Source: Bdellovibrionales bacterium (GTDB lineage: Bacteria > Bdellovibrionota > Bdellovibrionia > Bdellovibrionales > UBA1609). From it: a stretch of DNA of 32,000 nucleotides. Under the pieces are notes generated by a model, which was not told where the DNA came from, ran no database searches, and was given only the letters and a program-made list of their open reading frames with translations. The position numbers and the translations under genes were made by a program. The stretch lies in contig OZ252021.1 in assembly GCA_965247685.1 (NCBI GenBank), positions 1,200,001 to 1,232,000 of the forward strand. The letters are read 5' to 3'. Shown in pieces: positions 18,394 through 28,268 of this stretch. The stretch's first letter is position 1; each line of letters starts with the position of its first letter.

Positions 18394-19737
18394 ATGTCTC
18401 AAAAAAAATCAGTTTATATTTGTCAAAATTGCGGCTCCAAACATTTGAAATGGGGTGGTCAATGTTCTCAATGCAAAGAATGGAATACTTTAGTTGAAGA
18501 AATTGAAAGAAAAAACAAATCAAGTGTTCGTCATGCCTCTCCTTGTCCTACTGTTCTGACTCCGCTCACTCATCAAGAGCCTTTAAATAGAACGAAAACA
18601 GGATCAGAAGAATGGGATCGTGTCCTTGGAGGAGGACTTGTCTCAGGTTCTTATATCTTACTCGGAGGTCACCCAGGAGTTGGAAAAAGCACACTACTCC
18701 TGCAAATATCTGATGGACTCAGCCGCTCTGGCACAGTGATGTATGTTTGTTCTGAAGAAAGCGTGCACCAAACGACACTTCGAGCTCAAAGATTAAAAAT
18801 TTCCAATAATAACATTCTTCTATTTAATGAAAGCTCGATTGAAACTATTTTGGATAAAGCTCATAAAACAAAACCTCAGTTTCTCATTGTGGATTCTATT
18901 CAAAGTGTTCACTCTTTAGAATTAGAATCTGCAATAGGAACAGTATCTCAAGTACGTGAATGCTCTCAACTCCTTATGAATTTTGCAAAATCCACTTCGA
19001 CACCTGTATTTGTAATTGGTCATGTAACAAAAGATGGATCTCTAGCAGGTCCTAAAGTTTTAGAGCATATGGTGGATGTAGTTTTATCCTTTGATGGACA
19101 CACTCAGTATCGTATTTTAAAATCTTTAAAAAACAGATTTGGCGCCACTAACGAATTTGGAGTTTTTCAAATGACGGATGGAGGCTTAGAAGAAATCAAA
19201 AATCCTTCGGAATTTTTCTTGGAAGAAAGAGGAAAGAACCGCATTGGTTCTTCAGTATTTACAGCCATTGAAGGACAACGACCCTTGCTTTGCGAAATTC
19301 AAGCACTCACATTGTCTAGTTTTCTTTCTATGCCTCGAAGAACCTCCATTGGTATGGATATTCAACGCCTGCATATGATTTTAGCTATTTTAGAAAAATA
19401 TTTTCAAATTCAGCTTTCTAAATATGATATCTTTGTGAATCTTGTGGGAGGTCTAAAAGTCACAGAAACAGCTTCAGACTTAGCTGTCGTCACAGCTTTA
19501 CTTTCTTCTTATTATAAAAAACCTTTAGATCCCAATACGGCTTTCTTTGGGGAAGTAGGGTTAACAGGTGAAATACGATCCTGCCACTTTGCAAATGAAA
19601 GAATTCAAGAAGCAAAAAAAATCGGATTTAATACGGTATATCTTCCTTATGGAAATAAAATTAAAAAATCTTTTAAAATTCAAGTTAAAGGCATCAAAAA
19701 TATTCTAGAACTTCAACAGATATTCCAAGATTCTTAG
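18394..19737 (+). CDS. radA: DNA repair protein RadA/Sms
   Basis: Zn-finger CQNCGSKHLKWGGQCSQCKEWNT, Walker A GGHPGVGKSTLLLQ, the KNRFG motif (LKNRFGATNEFGVFQM) and a Lon-protease-like C-terminal domain. I trimmed the start from 18358 to the ATG at 18394 (MSQKKSVYIC). Confidence 0.95.
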   Translation: MSQKKSVYICQNCGSKHLKWGGQCSQCKEWNTLVEEIERKNKSSVRHASPCPTVLTPLTHQEPLNRTKTGSEEWDRVLGGGLVSGSYILLGGHPGVGKSTLLLQISDGLSRSGTVMYVCSEESVHQTTLRAQRLKISNNNILLFNESSIETILDKAHKTKPQFLIVDSIQSVHSLELESAIGTVSQVRECSQLLMNFAKSTSTPVFVIGHVTKDGSLAGPKVLEHMVDVVLSFDGHTQYRILKSLKNRFGATNEFGVFQMTDGGLEEIKNPSEFFLEERGKNRIGSSVFTAIEGQRPLLCEIQALTLSSFLSMPRRTSIGMDIQRLHMILAILEKYFQIQLSKYDIFVNLVGGLKVTETASDLAVVTALLSSYYKKPLDPNTAFFGEVGLTGEIRSCHFANERIQEAKKIGFNTVYLPYGNKIKKSFKIQVKGIKNILELQQIFQDS

Positions 19738-19745
19738 TGTCGAAG

Positions 19746-20282
19746 TTATAAAGTGTTCTTACCTTTTTCCCAAGAACAAGGACAAAGTTTATCCGTTTGA
19801 AGAGCATCTAAAACTCTCATCACTTCTCCTGGTTCACGACCTACATTCAAATCAGTGACATAAACGAATCGAATTTTGTTGCCAGGATCTACAATGAAGG
19901 TTGCCCTTTGTGCGACTCCCTCTTTCTCATCTAAAATACCTAAAGAAGCTGAGAGCTCTCTTTTCACATCTGCCAGCATAGGAATAGATAACACGGACAA
20001 TGAATCCTCATGAGTTCTCCAAGCATGATGTACAAATTCTGAATCCGTAGAGCCTGCAATGATTTGAGTGTTCTTCTTCTGGCATTCGGCTGATAACGTA
20101 TTAAAACCCACAATTTCTGTAGGACACACAAAAGTAAAATCTTTAGGGTAAAAAAAATAAATCTTCCACTTTCCTTTGTAGGTATCTTGATCCATATCTA
20201 CAAAAGCTTTAGATAAATCTTTACCAATAGCCACTGTCGCTTTAACTTTAAAATCTGGAAAAGTATCCCCGACTCCTAACAT
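19746..20282 (-). CDS. ahpC: 2-Cys peroxiredoxin (AhpC/Prx1 family)
   Basis: 178 aa. The peroxidatic Cys motif is FTFVCPTEI and the C-terminal resolving-Cys region is LCPCSWEKG. A GGAGG RBS lies just upstream. Confidence 0.88.
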   Translation of the reverse strand: MLGVGDTFPDFKVKATVAIGKDLSKAFVDMDQDTYKGKWKIYFFYPKDFTFVCPTEIVGFNTLSAECQKKNTQIIAGSTDSEFVHHAWRTHEDSLSVLSIPMLADVKRELSASLGILDEKEGVAQRATFIVDPGNKIRFVYVTDLNVGREPGEVMRVLDALQTDKLCPCSWEKGKNTL

Positions 20283-20393
20283 GAGTGCCTCCTCTTATTC
20301 GTTATTGGGATTGAACGATTTTTATATAACCTAATAGTTTTTGTGTCACTATGTTACCATAAAGAATAACACTCCACAGCATCAAAAATCTAT

Positions 20394-21551
20394 TTATTCA
20401 ACTGCTTTTGAAAAAATTTGAAGCCATTGATCACGAAACTGAACCCAACTTCCTTTTTGAATAGACTCACGAATTTGTTTCATTAAATCCATGTAAAAGT
20501 AAATATTATGTATCGTATTGAGCCTATAACTCAAAAGCTCACGACTAAGAAACAAATGCCTTAAATAAGATCGAGAATAGTTACGACATGTATGGCATGA
20601 ACACGAAGCACTCAAGGGGCTGGAATCTTTCAGATATTGGTGATTTCTAATTTTAATTATTCCCTCCCATGTCCATAATGAACCCGAACGAGCTAAACGA
20701 GTAGGTAATACACAATCAAAAAAATCAAAACCACAATCCACAGCATAAATGAGATCTGCGGGAGTTCCCACTCCCATTAAATATCGAGGTTTGTGAGAAG
20801 GTAATTTTTTTCCAATAAATCGAAGTATTTTGTACATTTTCTCCTTATCTTCTCCTACACTCATTCCACCCACTGCAATTCCTGATAAATCTAAAGATTC
20901 AATTTGAGCTAAACTTTCTTCTCTTAAATCTTCGTGAACTCCCCCTTGTACAATTCCAAAAAACAGAGGAATTTGTTGATGAGGTAAAGATTCCATTAAT
21001 GACGATTCTTTAAGTTCCTGAAACTTTTGATATGATTTTTGAAGCCATAGATGAGTTCTGCTCATCGCTTCTGCAGTTTCTTTTTTACTAGTATTTCCTA
21101 AAGGGCAATGATCAAAGGCCATAATAATATCTGCACCTAAGTTCCATTGAATTTGTATACTTTTTTCAGGAGTCATAAAAATAAGATCCCCATTCAAATG
21201 ATTTCTAAAGGTGACTCCTTCATTTGCAATTTTATTAATGGAAGAAAGTGAGAAAACTTGATACCCGCCGCTATCTGTTAAAATAGGCAGCGAACATTTC
21301 ATGAAATGATGAAGTCCTCCTTGCTCTTGCACCAACTCGTCTCCAGGGCGAAGGTGTAAATGATAGGCATTAGTTAAAATCATTTGCACTCCGAGATTTT
21401 TAAGCTCTAAGGCTTCTAAAGATTTGACACTTCCGTGTGTCGCCACTGGACAAAAAAGAGGAAGCTCAACCTCTCCCCTTCGAGTTTGAAATAATCCATG
21501 ACGAGCTTCTGTTGAAGAATCTTGAGTAACAAGTTGATAATGATGAGGCAT
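20394..21551 (-). CDS. tgt: Queuine tRNA-ribosyltransferase (tRNA-guanine transglycosylase)
   Basis: 385 aa. Motifs include ARHGLFQTRRGEVELPLFCPV, the catalytic region TDSGGYQVFSL and Zn site CSCHTCRNYSRSYLRHL. Its start overlaps the gpmA stop (TAATG, 21549-21553). Confidence 0.95.
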   Translation of the reverse strand: MPHHYQLVTQDSSTEARHGLFQTRRGEVELPLFCPVATHGSVKSLEALELKNLGVQMILTNAYHLHLRPGDELVQEQGGLHHFMKCSLPILTDSGGYQVFSLSSINKIANEGVTFRNHLNGDLIFMTPEKSIQIQWNLGADIIMAFDHCPLGNTSKKETAEAMSRTHLWLQKSYQKFQELKESSLMESLPHQQIPLFFGIVQGGVHEDLREESLAQIESLDLSGIAVGGMSVGEDKEKMYKILRFIGKKLPSHKPRYLMGVGTPADLIYAVDCGFDFFDCVLPTRLARSGSLWTWEGIIKIRNHQYLKDSSPLSASCSCHTCRNYSRSYLRHLFLSRELLSYRLNTIHNIYFYMDLMKQIRESIQKGSWVQFRDQWLQIFSKAVE

Positions 21552-22240
21552 TACAAAAACTCAAACACATCCGGAGGCTCACTTAACATATCCACATCTT
21601 TCCAATACATATTTATAGGTGATGCTGTTGGAATGTTAAAATGACAGACATCATCGTCACTCATATGCTTAATATATTTCACTAAGGCACGAAGACTATT
21701 TCCGTGAGCAACAATTAAAACATTTTTATTTTGCTTCAAAAGAGGCTCAATCTCCTGTTTCCATAAAGGAATAACTCTTTGAATGGTATCTTTCAAAGAC
21801 TCACCCACAGGAACTGAAATATTTTGAAACATTTTTTGATTTTTCTCTTTTTTAAATTTTTCAGATGTCGTTTCAGGCGGAGGAAGATCATAACTGCGCC
21901 TCCACTTAAAAACTTGATCCTCACCATACTGGTCTGCCATATCTTTTTTATTGAGCCCTTGAAGCTCTCCATAGTGTCTTTCATTCAAACGCCATGTCTT
22001 ATGAGTTGAAAGCCAGACTTCATCTAATTCTTTAAGTATTATCCATAAAGTCCTAATAGCTCTTTTTAAAAGAGAAGTATATGAAGTATGAAAGTGAATT
22101 TTTTTTTGTAAGAGAAGCTGCCCTGCTCTTTGAGCTTCTTTCTCTCCTTTTAAACTAAGGTCTATATCTATCCAACCCGTGAAGCGATTCTCTAAATTCC
22201 ATAAACTTTGACCATGGCGGACTAAAACTAAGTGGGGCAT
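21551..22240 (-). CDS. gpmA: 2,3-bisphosphoglycerate-dependent phosphoglycerate mutase
   Basis: 229 aa. The N-terminal catalytic motif is LVLVRHGQSLWNLENRFTGW. Other motifs are ERHYGELQG and VAHGNSLRAL. Confidence 0.95.
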   Translation of the reverse strand: MPHLVLVRHGQSLWNLENRFTGWIDIDLSLKGEKEAQRAGQLLLQKKIHFHTSYTSLLKRAIRTLWIILKELDEVWLSTHKTWRLNERHYGELQGLNKKDMADQYGEDQVFKWRRSYDLPPPETTSEKFKKEKNQKMFQNISVPVGESLKDTIQRVIPLWKQEIEPLLKQNKNVLIVAHGNSLRALVKYIKHMSDDDVCHFNIPTASPINMYWKDVDMLSEPPDVFEFL

Positions 22241-22317
22241 ACCTTCCTCAAGCCTTTATTAACGATATTCAGAAATAAAAAGTCAACATGAAAGAGATAT
22301 TGTATTAGAATAAGATT

Positions 22318-23958
22318 ATGGAAAGAATTTGGCTTCAATATTATCCTCCTGAAATCCCACATAATATTGAAGATATAAAATCTCCTATTCTTCATGACTT
22401 TAAAAAATGCTTTCAAAAATATTCTCATCAAACAGCATTTGAAAATTACGGAGAAAAAATCTCTTTTCAAGAGTGGGATGAACTCTCTGGTCATTGGGCT
22501 TCTTATTTAAAAAATAATTGCTCCTTAAAAAAAGGAGATCGTATTGCTATTCAGCTTCCAAATACTTTGCAACTGCCTATCGCAGTGCTCGGAGCTTTAA
22601 AGGCGGGGCTTGTGGTTGTGAATATTAATCCACTCTATACCGCTCGAGAGCTTAACGAGATATTAAATAACGCCGATGTAAAAGTTTTACTCATCTTTAG
22701 CCATTCTGCTCACTTGCTCAATGAGATTTCTATTTCTATTCCCAATATTATTGTATCTAATTTAGAAGATTTGTTTTCTTTTCCAAAAAGAGTGTTATTT
22801 AAAATAATTTTAAAATTTAAAAAAATAATTCTACCCTATCCTTCTTCTACATCATTTCGTCATGCTCTCAAAAAAGGTTCTTTAATTCCATTTAAAGAAG
22901 AAGAAATAGAGCTCGATGATCTTGCTTTTTTACAATACACAGGAGGAACAACGGGAATTCCCAAAGGAGCTATGCTCACACATCAAAACATTGCCAGTAA
23001 TTGGAAGCAATGTTTGGCGTGGATGAAACCCTATCTTGAAGAAGGAAAAGAGACGGTTGTAGCCCCTCTTCCTTTATATCACATTTTTGCTCTAATGCTG
23101 AATGTGTTTTTACTTCCCCTCTATGGTGCCCATTCCGTACTAATTACTAACCCTAGAGACAAAAAATCTTTTATTCAAATTTTAAAAAAACATCAAAATA
23201 ATATGACTATTCTTTTAGGAGTAAACGCCTTATTTAAAATGCTTGTGAACGAGCCCTCTTTTTCATCTCTCAAATTTTCAAAATTAAAATGGTGTATCGC
23301 AGGAGGAACCGCAGTAGAAAAATTTATTTATGAAAAATGGAAAAAAATAACAAACACCTTTATTGCTGAAGGTTATGGGCTCACAGAAGCCTCTCCAGTT
23401 GTCAGTTGCAACATACTCGATCAACCCATGCCCAATACTTGCGGCTATCCTTTTCCCTCCACTCGAATACGTATCAAAAAAGAAGATCAAATAGCAGACA
23501 TTCATCAGCATGGTGAACTCGAAATCAAAGGTCCGCAAGTGATGAAAGGATATTGGAGGAACGAAAAAGCAACTTCACTAATTTTAAATCAAGATGGATG
23601 GCTTAAAACAGGAGATATCGCTCAAATTAATCATCGTGGAATGATTCAAATATTGGATAGAAAAAAAGATATGATTTTAGTTTCTGGATTCAATGTTTTT
23701 CCAAACGAAATTGAAAACATCATCTCAGAACACTCCAAAGTACAAGATGTCGCTGTAGTTGGTGTTCCAGATCCTCAGTCTAAAGAAGTTCCTAAAGCTT
23801 TTATAATTAAGAAGGACTCTGGCTTAACTCAAGAAGAAATTATTGAATTTTGTAAGAAGAGCCTCACTCCTTATAAAGTGCCTAAGCATGTTGAATTCGT
23901 AGATATGCTCCCTCACTCTTATGTCGGAAAAGTACTCAGACGAAAACTGAAAAACTAA
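22318..23958 (+). CDS. fadD: Long-chain-fatty-acid--CoA ligase (AMP-forming acyl-CoA synthetase)
   Basis: 546 aa. The AMP-binding signature is LQYTGGTTGIPKGAMLTH. Other motifs are GYGLTE, TGD and DRKKDMI..SGFNVFPNEIE, and the C-terminal Lys is present (VGKVLRRKL). Confidence 0.9.
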   Translation: MERIWLQYYPPEIPHNIEDIKSPILHDFKKCFQKYSHQTAFENYGEKISFQEWDELSGHWASYLKNNCSLKKGDRIAIQLPNTLQLPIAVLGALKAGLVVVNINPLYTARELNEILNNADVKVLLIFSHSAHLLNEISISIPNIIVSNLEDLFSFPKRVLFKIILKFKKIILPYPSSTSFRHALKKGSLIPFKEEEIELDDLAFLQYTGGTTGIPKGAMLTHQNIASNWKQCLAWMKPYLEEGKETVVAPLPLYHIFALMLNVFLLPLYGAHSVLITNPRDKKSFIQILKKHQNNMTILLGVNALFKMLVNEPSFSSLKFSKLKWCIAGGTAVEKFIYEKWKKITNTFIAEGYGLTEASPVVSCNILDQPMPNTCGYPFPSTRIRIKKEDQIADIHQHGELEIKGPQVMKGYWRNEKATSLILNQDGWLKTGDIAQINHRGMIQILDRKKDMILVSGFNVFPNEIENIISEHSKVQDVAVVGVPDPQSKEVPKAFIIKKDSGLTQEEIIEFCKKSLTPYKVPKHVEFVDMLPHSYVGKVLRRKLKN

Positions 23959-24037
23959 TATGGAGATAAAATATTGCATCAAGTATAATTGGCATTTATG
24001 CTTATGAGTGATATATTTTTGATGAGGGAGAAAAAGG

Positions 24038-25120
24038 ATGCCTTATGTTCAACAGATAGTAGCTGAAAAAGCGAGTATCATTAATCGAAATACAAAAATA
24101 TATGGAACTTTTGCAGAAATTGGAGCCGGCCAAGAAACGGTGAACTATTTTTTCAAAGCAGGAAGAGCTTCTCAGACTGTTGCAAAAAGTATGTCAGCCT
24201 ATAATATGGTTTTTAGTGATTTGATTTATGGAAAATCGGATCGTTATGTATGTGAAAAAAGATTGATTCAGATGCTCAATCATGAGTATTCCCTGCTGGA
24301 GAGTCGATTAAAAAAATCAAGAGGATCCAACACTTGTTTTTTTACATTAGCAAATACTGTGGCTGTCAGTACTCTTAAAACCTCTCAGACTACAAGTCAT
24401 CATGGTTGGCTGGGCCTCAGATTTCAATCTCGGCCTTTAACAAAATATAACGAAATTTTAATTCATGTGAATCTACTCGACCGCACACGGCTTCAACAAT
24501 ATGAAACTTTAGGAGTGCTTGGAGTCAATCTGATATATACCGCTTTTTATGGAAAAAAAGATTCTAAAAATTTTATTCGATCACTTGTAGATAATTTTGA
24601 ACAAAATAGAGTGGAAGTTAATATTATAAAATGCAAAGGCTCTGTGTTTAAAAAAACTCAACCACAAAAGTTAGGATTGGAATTATTGAAACAGAATTTA
24701 TCTCCATTTATTGCTCTCCCCTACAAAGAATCTCCTTTAGATCTTTTTTATGAAAAATCTTTACATTTGATCACATCTGCCTCTAAAGCTGTAAGAAAAA
24801 AAGACTCCAGCAAGAATTTGTATTTAACCCTTTCCACAAAGCCAAGTACAAAGTGCTTGGTTCATAACTTTAAACATCTTTATGAACTTAAACAAAAGAT
24901 CAGAGAGTATACACAAAAAAAACTTTATTTTTATTTATCATTTAAAGAGTTTCAATCTTTTATTAATCCTAAAAATTATAAAGAACAAAATTTAATTCAG
25001 GTATATGGACAACTCTTTGATCGTCAAACACAAATGATTGTTTCTGCTCCTAGAAACTTTTCAACCTCATGTCTGATGACAAAAAGCCTGATCAAAAACA
25101 AATCTATTCAGTTAATTTAA
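24038..25120 (+). CDS. Hypothetical cytoplasmic protein, basic, no recognised family
   Basis: 360-aa ORF preceded by GGGAGAAAAAGG just before the ATG. No signal peptide or TM helix. The N-terminal ~175 aa looks like an ordered domain (IYGTFAEIGAGQETVNYFFKAG...HHGWLGLRFQ). The C-terminal half is Lys-rich. Confidence 0.6.
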   Translation: MPYVQQIVAEKASIINRNTKIYGTFAEIGAGQETVNYFFKAGRASQTVAKSMSAYNMVFSDLIYGKSDRYVCEKRLIQMLNHEYSLLESRLKKSRGSNTCFFTLANTVAVSTLKTSQTTSHHGWLGLRFQSRPLTKYNEILIHVNLLDRTRLQQYETLGVLGVNLIYTAFYGKKDSKNFIRSLVDNFEQNRVEVNIIKCKGSVFKKTQPQKLGLELLKQNLSPFIALPYKESPLDLFYEKSLHLITSASKAVRKKDSSKNLYLTLSTKPSTKCLVHNFKHLYELKQKIREYTQKKLYFYLSFKEFQSFINPKNYKEQNLIQVYGQLFDRQTQMIVSAPRNFSTSCLMTKSLIKNKSIQLI

Positions 25121-25169
25121 CTTTGAAAAAAATCTGCGAAGAAGGTTTATTTCAATCAATAAGTTTATT

Positions 25170-25862
25170 CTAGAAAGTGACTGAAACCCAAAGAGCACCT
25201 GTCACCATCCATAAACTACCAATTAAATCTTGGATCTTTTTGCTATCTGGTTTCTCATGAGCTGAAGCTGAAATCACATCTTTGTAATCTAAACTCACTT
25301 GAGTATAAAAAGGTTTCATAACACCCAGTTCAGCACTCAAACTCAGATGCTTACTTAAAGGAAACATATAACCAGTATGTAAAGTTGCATTGTGCACAGA
25401 AGCTCTTACATTATAATTAACTGCATTCTCACCAAAATCACGTCCTAAAGCCTCTTGAATAGACTTCACCATCACTTCCTTAGGTTCAACTCTAAAGATA
25501 TTAGAATATCCAATCTCTCCATAAAATCCAGATCGAACACTTTGTCTATAACCCAAGCTGGCACCTATGTAGATAGAATCAGACACAGTATCTATGATTA
25601 AAGACATTTCATCATCTTTAAGGGAGGATGTCATATTCATAAGTTGAGAAGCAAAAGGCGTTCGAAGCATAACAGAATGCACAATACCTGCACCTAGACG
25701 AGCATAAATATGCTCATGCTGGCTAATTTTAGTATGAATTCCAAAATGACTTGGAAATTCCAAACCAAACTCCAGATCCCAATAGGATAATAGATTCGCA
25801 TAGGCTGCACTGTGCGCGAACACTATTAAAACAAAACATAATTTTTTAAATGACAAACTCAT
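25170..25862 (-). CDS. Exported protein, putative small outer-membrane beta-barrel
   Basis: 230 aa with a signal peptide (MSLSFKKLCFVLIVFAHSAAYA). It has alternating-hydrophobic strand patterns and a C-terminal ..LWVSVTF (terminal Phe). A GAGGG RBS is present. Confidence 0.55.
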   Translation of the reverse strand: MSLSFKKLCFVLIVFAHSAAYANLLSYWDLEFGLEFPSHFGIHTKISQHEHIYARLGAGIVHSVMLRTPFASQLMNMTSSLKDDEMSLIIDTVSDSIYIGASLGYRQSVRSGFYGEIGYSNIFRVEPKEVMVKSIQEALGRDFGENAVNYNVRASVHNATLHTGYMFPLSKHLSLSAELGVMKPFYTQVSLDYKDVISASAHEKPDSKKIQDLIGSLWMVTGALWVSVTF

Positions 25863-26286
25863 AAAATCACCCTCATGAATTATAAAAATAAATAAATTTT
25901 AAATGATATATATGCCAGACTTACGGCAATAAATAATAAGAAATAATTTTAATACACTGTAGAACCATATCAGCAACCACCTTTAATTGAACCCTCATAT
26001 AATATCTTATCGGCACCAAAACAACAACTACCTGTAATATACATGATTTTTTCTCAAAAAACACAATAATAGTGCATTTTTAACACTTTAGTATGTATTT
26101 TTTTCACATTTAACTCAAAAAAAAGGGCTTTTGAATGATTTTTTACCTACAATGAGAAAAACTTAGAAAATAAAAAAATCAGCTATTTATGAAAGAAAAA
26201 GCTCATGTTTTTTTAAATATCGACCGATAAGGCACATTCAAAAATAAACCTCGCGCCTCATTATAAAAAAACCTTAAATTCACTTC

Positions 26287-27162
26287 TTAGTTAATTCGAA
26301 TATTACCTGATCGGCTCTTTAAAGAAACTGTGCCAGACTGTTCCCCTCTTCCTCTTATCGAACCGGAAGCTTGAGAAACTCCTCCTGCTCGATCTTTATA
26401 AAAGTTTTTAGGAGCATAAACTTTACCCTCCCAGCTTTGAGCTTTAACTCGAGCTTTAGAGTTTTGAAAATAAAGATTAATATCTCCTGATTGACTTTCA
26501 ATTTCAACTTTCTTGGGAGTCAAAGAACCTTGAATGGAACCTCCCTTAGATATTCCATCAATATTTCCTACATAAGATCGAAGACGAATATTAGAACGAT
26601 GAGTCTTATATTTTAAATCACCCTCAGTTTTTTTAAGTTCCGTGGGACTTGAAAAACTACTCAGCTCAACAAAACCCTTAGAATGAGCTATATAAACAGG
26701 TTTTTGATAAGAAAGAACATTAATATCTCCTTGAAACTGATCGATTTGAGTACTGGCCGCATAAGATTGAATTTTAAGTTTACCAGAATTATTCTTCATT
26801 GTAATTTGACCCTCATCCAAGCTAATCAAAAAAACTCCTTTGCTATTTTCAATGAACAGCTCTCCTTTTTTTATAGAGACGGTAATATTGTTATTTTTAA
26901 AATTTCGAATCCGAACTTTATTTGCAGAATTTAAAATTAAATTAATGTTTTTGGTTGGAGTCTTGATTTTTACACTATCCTCAACCTCTAAAGTTACTTG
27001 TTTTTTGTCACTTTCTTTTTTCACAGAACCTTGAATATCTAATTCCTTTTCACTGGGTTCAATGAGTAGTTCTGTTACACTCTTCCCTTTAATGAATAAA
27101 GTTTCAGGAGCTTTGGAGAAACCTATCAAAGGAAATAAAAGAATAAAATAAATCCATTTCAT
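26287..27162 (-). CDS. Secreted repeat protein, beta-helix-like (resembles DUF4097 'putative adhesin' type repeats)
   Basis: 291 aa with a signal peptide (MKWIYFILLFPLIGFSKA). It has repeated short units of the type G(D/S/N)I.(V/L/I) (GDINV, GNIDG, GSIQGS, GDINLY, GSIRGR, GNIRIN). Its start overlaps the citrate synthase stop (TAATG at 27160-27164). The family call is from memory of the repeat pattern and is unverified. Confidence 0.55.
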   Translation of the reverse strand: MKWIYFILLFPLIGFSKAPETLFIKGKSVTELLIEPSEKELDIQGSVKKESDKKQVTLEVEDSVKIKTPTKNINLILNSANKVRIRNFKNNNITVSIKKGELFIENSKGVFLISLDEGQITMKNNSGKLKIQSYAASTQIDQFQGDINVLSYQKPVYIAHSKGFVELSSFSSPTELKKTEGDLKYKTHRSNIRLRSYVGNIDGISKGGSIQGSLTPKKVEIESQSGDINLYFQNSKARVKAQSWEGKVYAPKNFYKDRAGGVSQASGSIRGRGEQSGTVSLKSRSGNIRIN

Positions 27163-28268
27163 TATAAATGTCTTTCTTGAGGTCCTATATATTCACTCAT
27201 GGGACGAATAATTCTATTGTTTTCGGATTGTTCAATAATGTGAGCGATCCATCCTGCCATACGAGCCATCGCAAATATGGGAGTGTAGAGAGGAATATCA
27301 ATGCCCATCATATAGTAGGCTGGCCCTGCGGGAAAATCTACATTAGGTCTTAAGTTCTTTGCATTTTCCATATAATCTTTGATGAGAGTGTACATTTTTA
27401 GCCACTTAGTCTCTTCGTATTCTTGAGCTACCATTTTTGTACATTCATACATATGAGGAACCCGAGCATCCCCTTGTTTATACACTCTATGACCAAATCC
27501 CATAATTTTTCTTTTTTCTTGAAGCGCTTGAGATAAATATTTTTCTACTTGAGAAGGTTCGCCTATTTCTTGCATCATGTACATGACTTGTTCATTAGCG
27601 CCACCATGAAGAGGCCCTTTCAAAGATCCAATAGCTCCGCAGATTGCACTAAAAACATCAGATGTCGTGGAAGTGATAACTCTTGCTGCAAAAGTGGAGG
27701 CATTAAAGCCGTGTTCTGCATAAAGAGATAATGAACGATCAAAAGCTTTTACAAAAAGATCAGAAGGATCTTTTCCGTAATACATATAAAGAAAATTATG
27801 AGCGATTGAAGCATCTTTTTTAGGTAAAATATAATCCTCTCCTTTTTGAAAACGATAATGAGCCGTAATCACAATAGGAATAAGAGACATTATTTGAAGA
27901 CCTTTTTCACGAATATCTTGTGAGTTTTTATTCCATGTATTTTTACTGGATGAACCGAGTAAACTCACAGCAGTTCTTAAAACATCCATAGGATGTGCAT
28001 CTTTTAAAGTTTGAACGACTTTGAGTATTTTTTTAATCTCAGGTTCGAGTTGAACGAAATTATTTTGAATAGAATTTTCAAACTCTTGAACTTCTTTTTG
28101 ATTTGGAAGCTCTCCATTCCATACCAGAAGGACGATTTCCGCATAGGTTTTATTCGCAACCAGTTCTCCAATAGGATAACCCCTATAAATAAGAGATTTT
28201 GTTTGTGGAAGCAAACAAGATATAGCGGAAGAATCAACAACAACACCTTCTAAACCTTTTCCAGACAC
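27162..28268 (-). CDS. gltA: Citrate synthase (short ~370-aa form; the citrate/2-methylcitrate synthase families are not distinguishable here)
   Basis: 368 aa. Motifs are GLEGVVVDSSAIS..SLIYRGYPIGEL, the active-site signature MGFGHRVYKQGDARV, and LHGGANE. The start is GTG (28266-28268) with AGGAG 8 nt upstream (28277-28281). Confidence 0.9.
   Translation of the reverse strand: MSGKGLEGVVVDSSAISCLLPQTKSLIYRGYPIGELVANKTYAEIVLLVWNGELPNQKEVQEFENSIQNNFVQLEPEIKKILKVVQTLKDAHPMDVLRTAVSLLGSSSKNTWNKNSQDIREKGLQIMSLIPIVITAHYRFQKGEDYILPKKDASIAHNFLYMYYGKDPSDLFVKAFDRSLSLYAEHGFNASTFAARVITSTTSDVFSAICGAIGSLKGPLHGGANEQVMYMMQEIGEPSQVEKYLSQALQEKRKIMGFGHRVYKQGDARVPHMYECTKMVAQEYEETKWLKMYTLIKDYMENAKNLRPNVDFPAGPAYYMMGIDIPLYTPIFAMARMAGWIAHIIEQSENNRIIRPMSEYIGPQERHL

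Noticed and set aside
19738-19745. radA and the peroxiredoxin gene converge with only 8 nt between their stop codons and no terminator hairpin.
   Set aside because: Tight convergent ends are common in compact genomes, and nothing further can be inferred from the sequence.
20283-20393. An inverted repeat, TCGTT-N10-AACGA, upstream of the peroxiredoxin gene was considered as a possible OxyR/PerR operator.
   Set aside because: The arms are only 5 bp and there is no resemblance to the PerR (TTATAATnATTATAA) or OxyR consensus that I can see.
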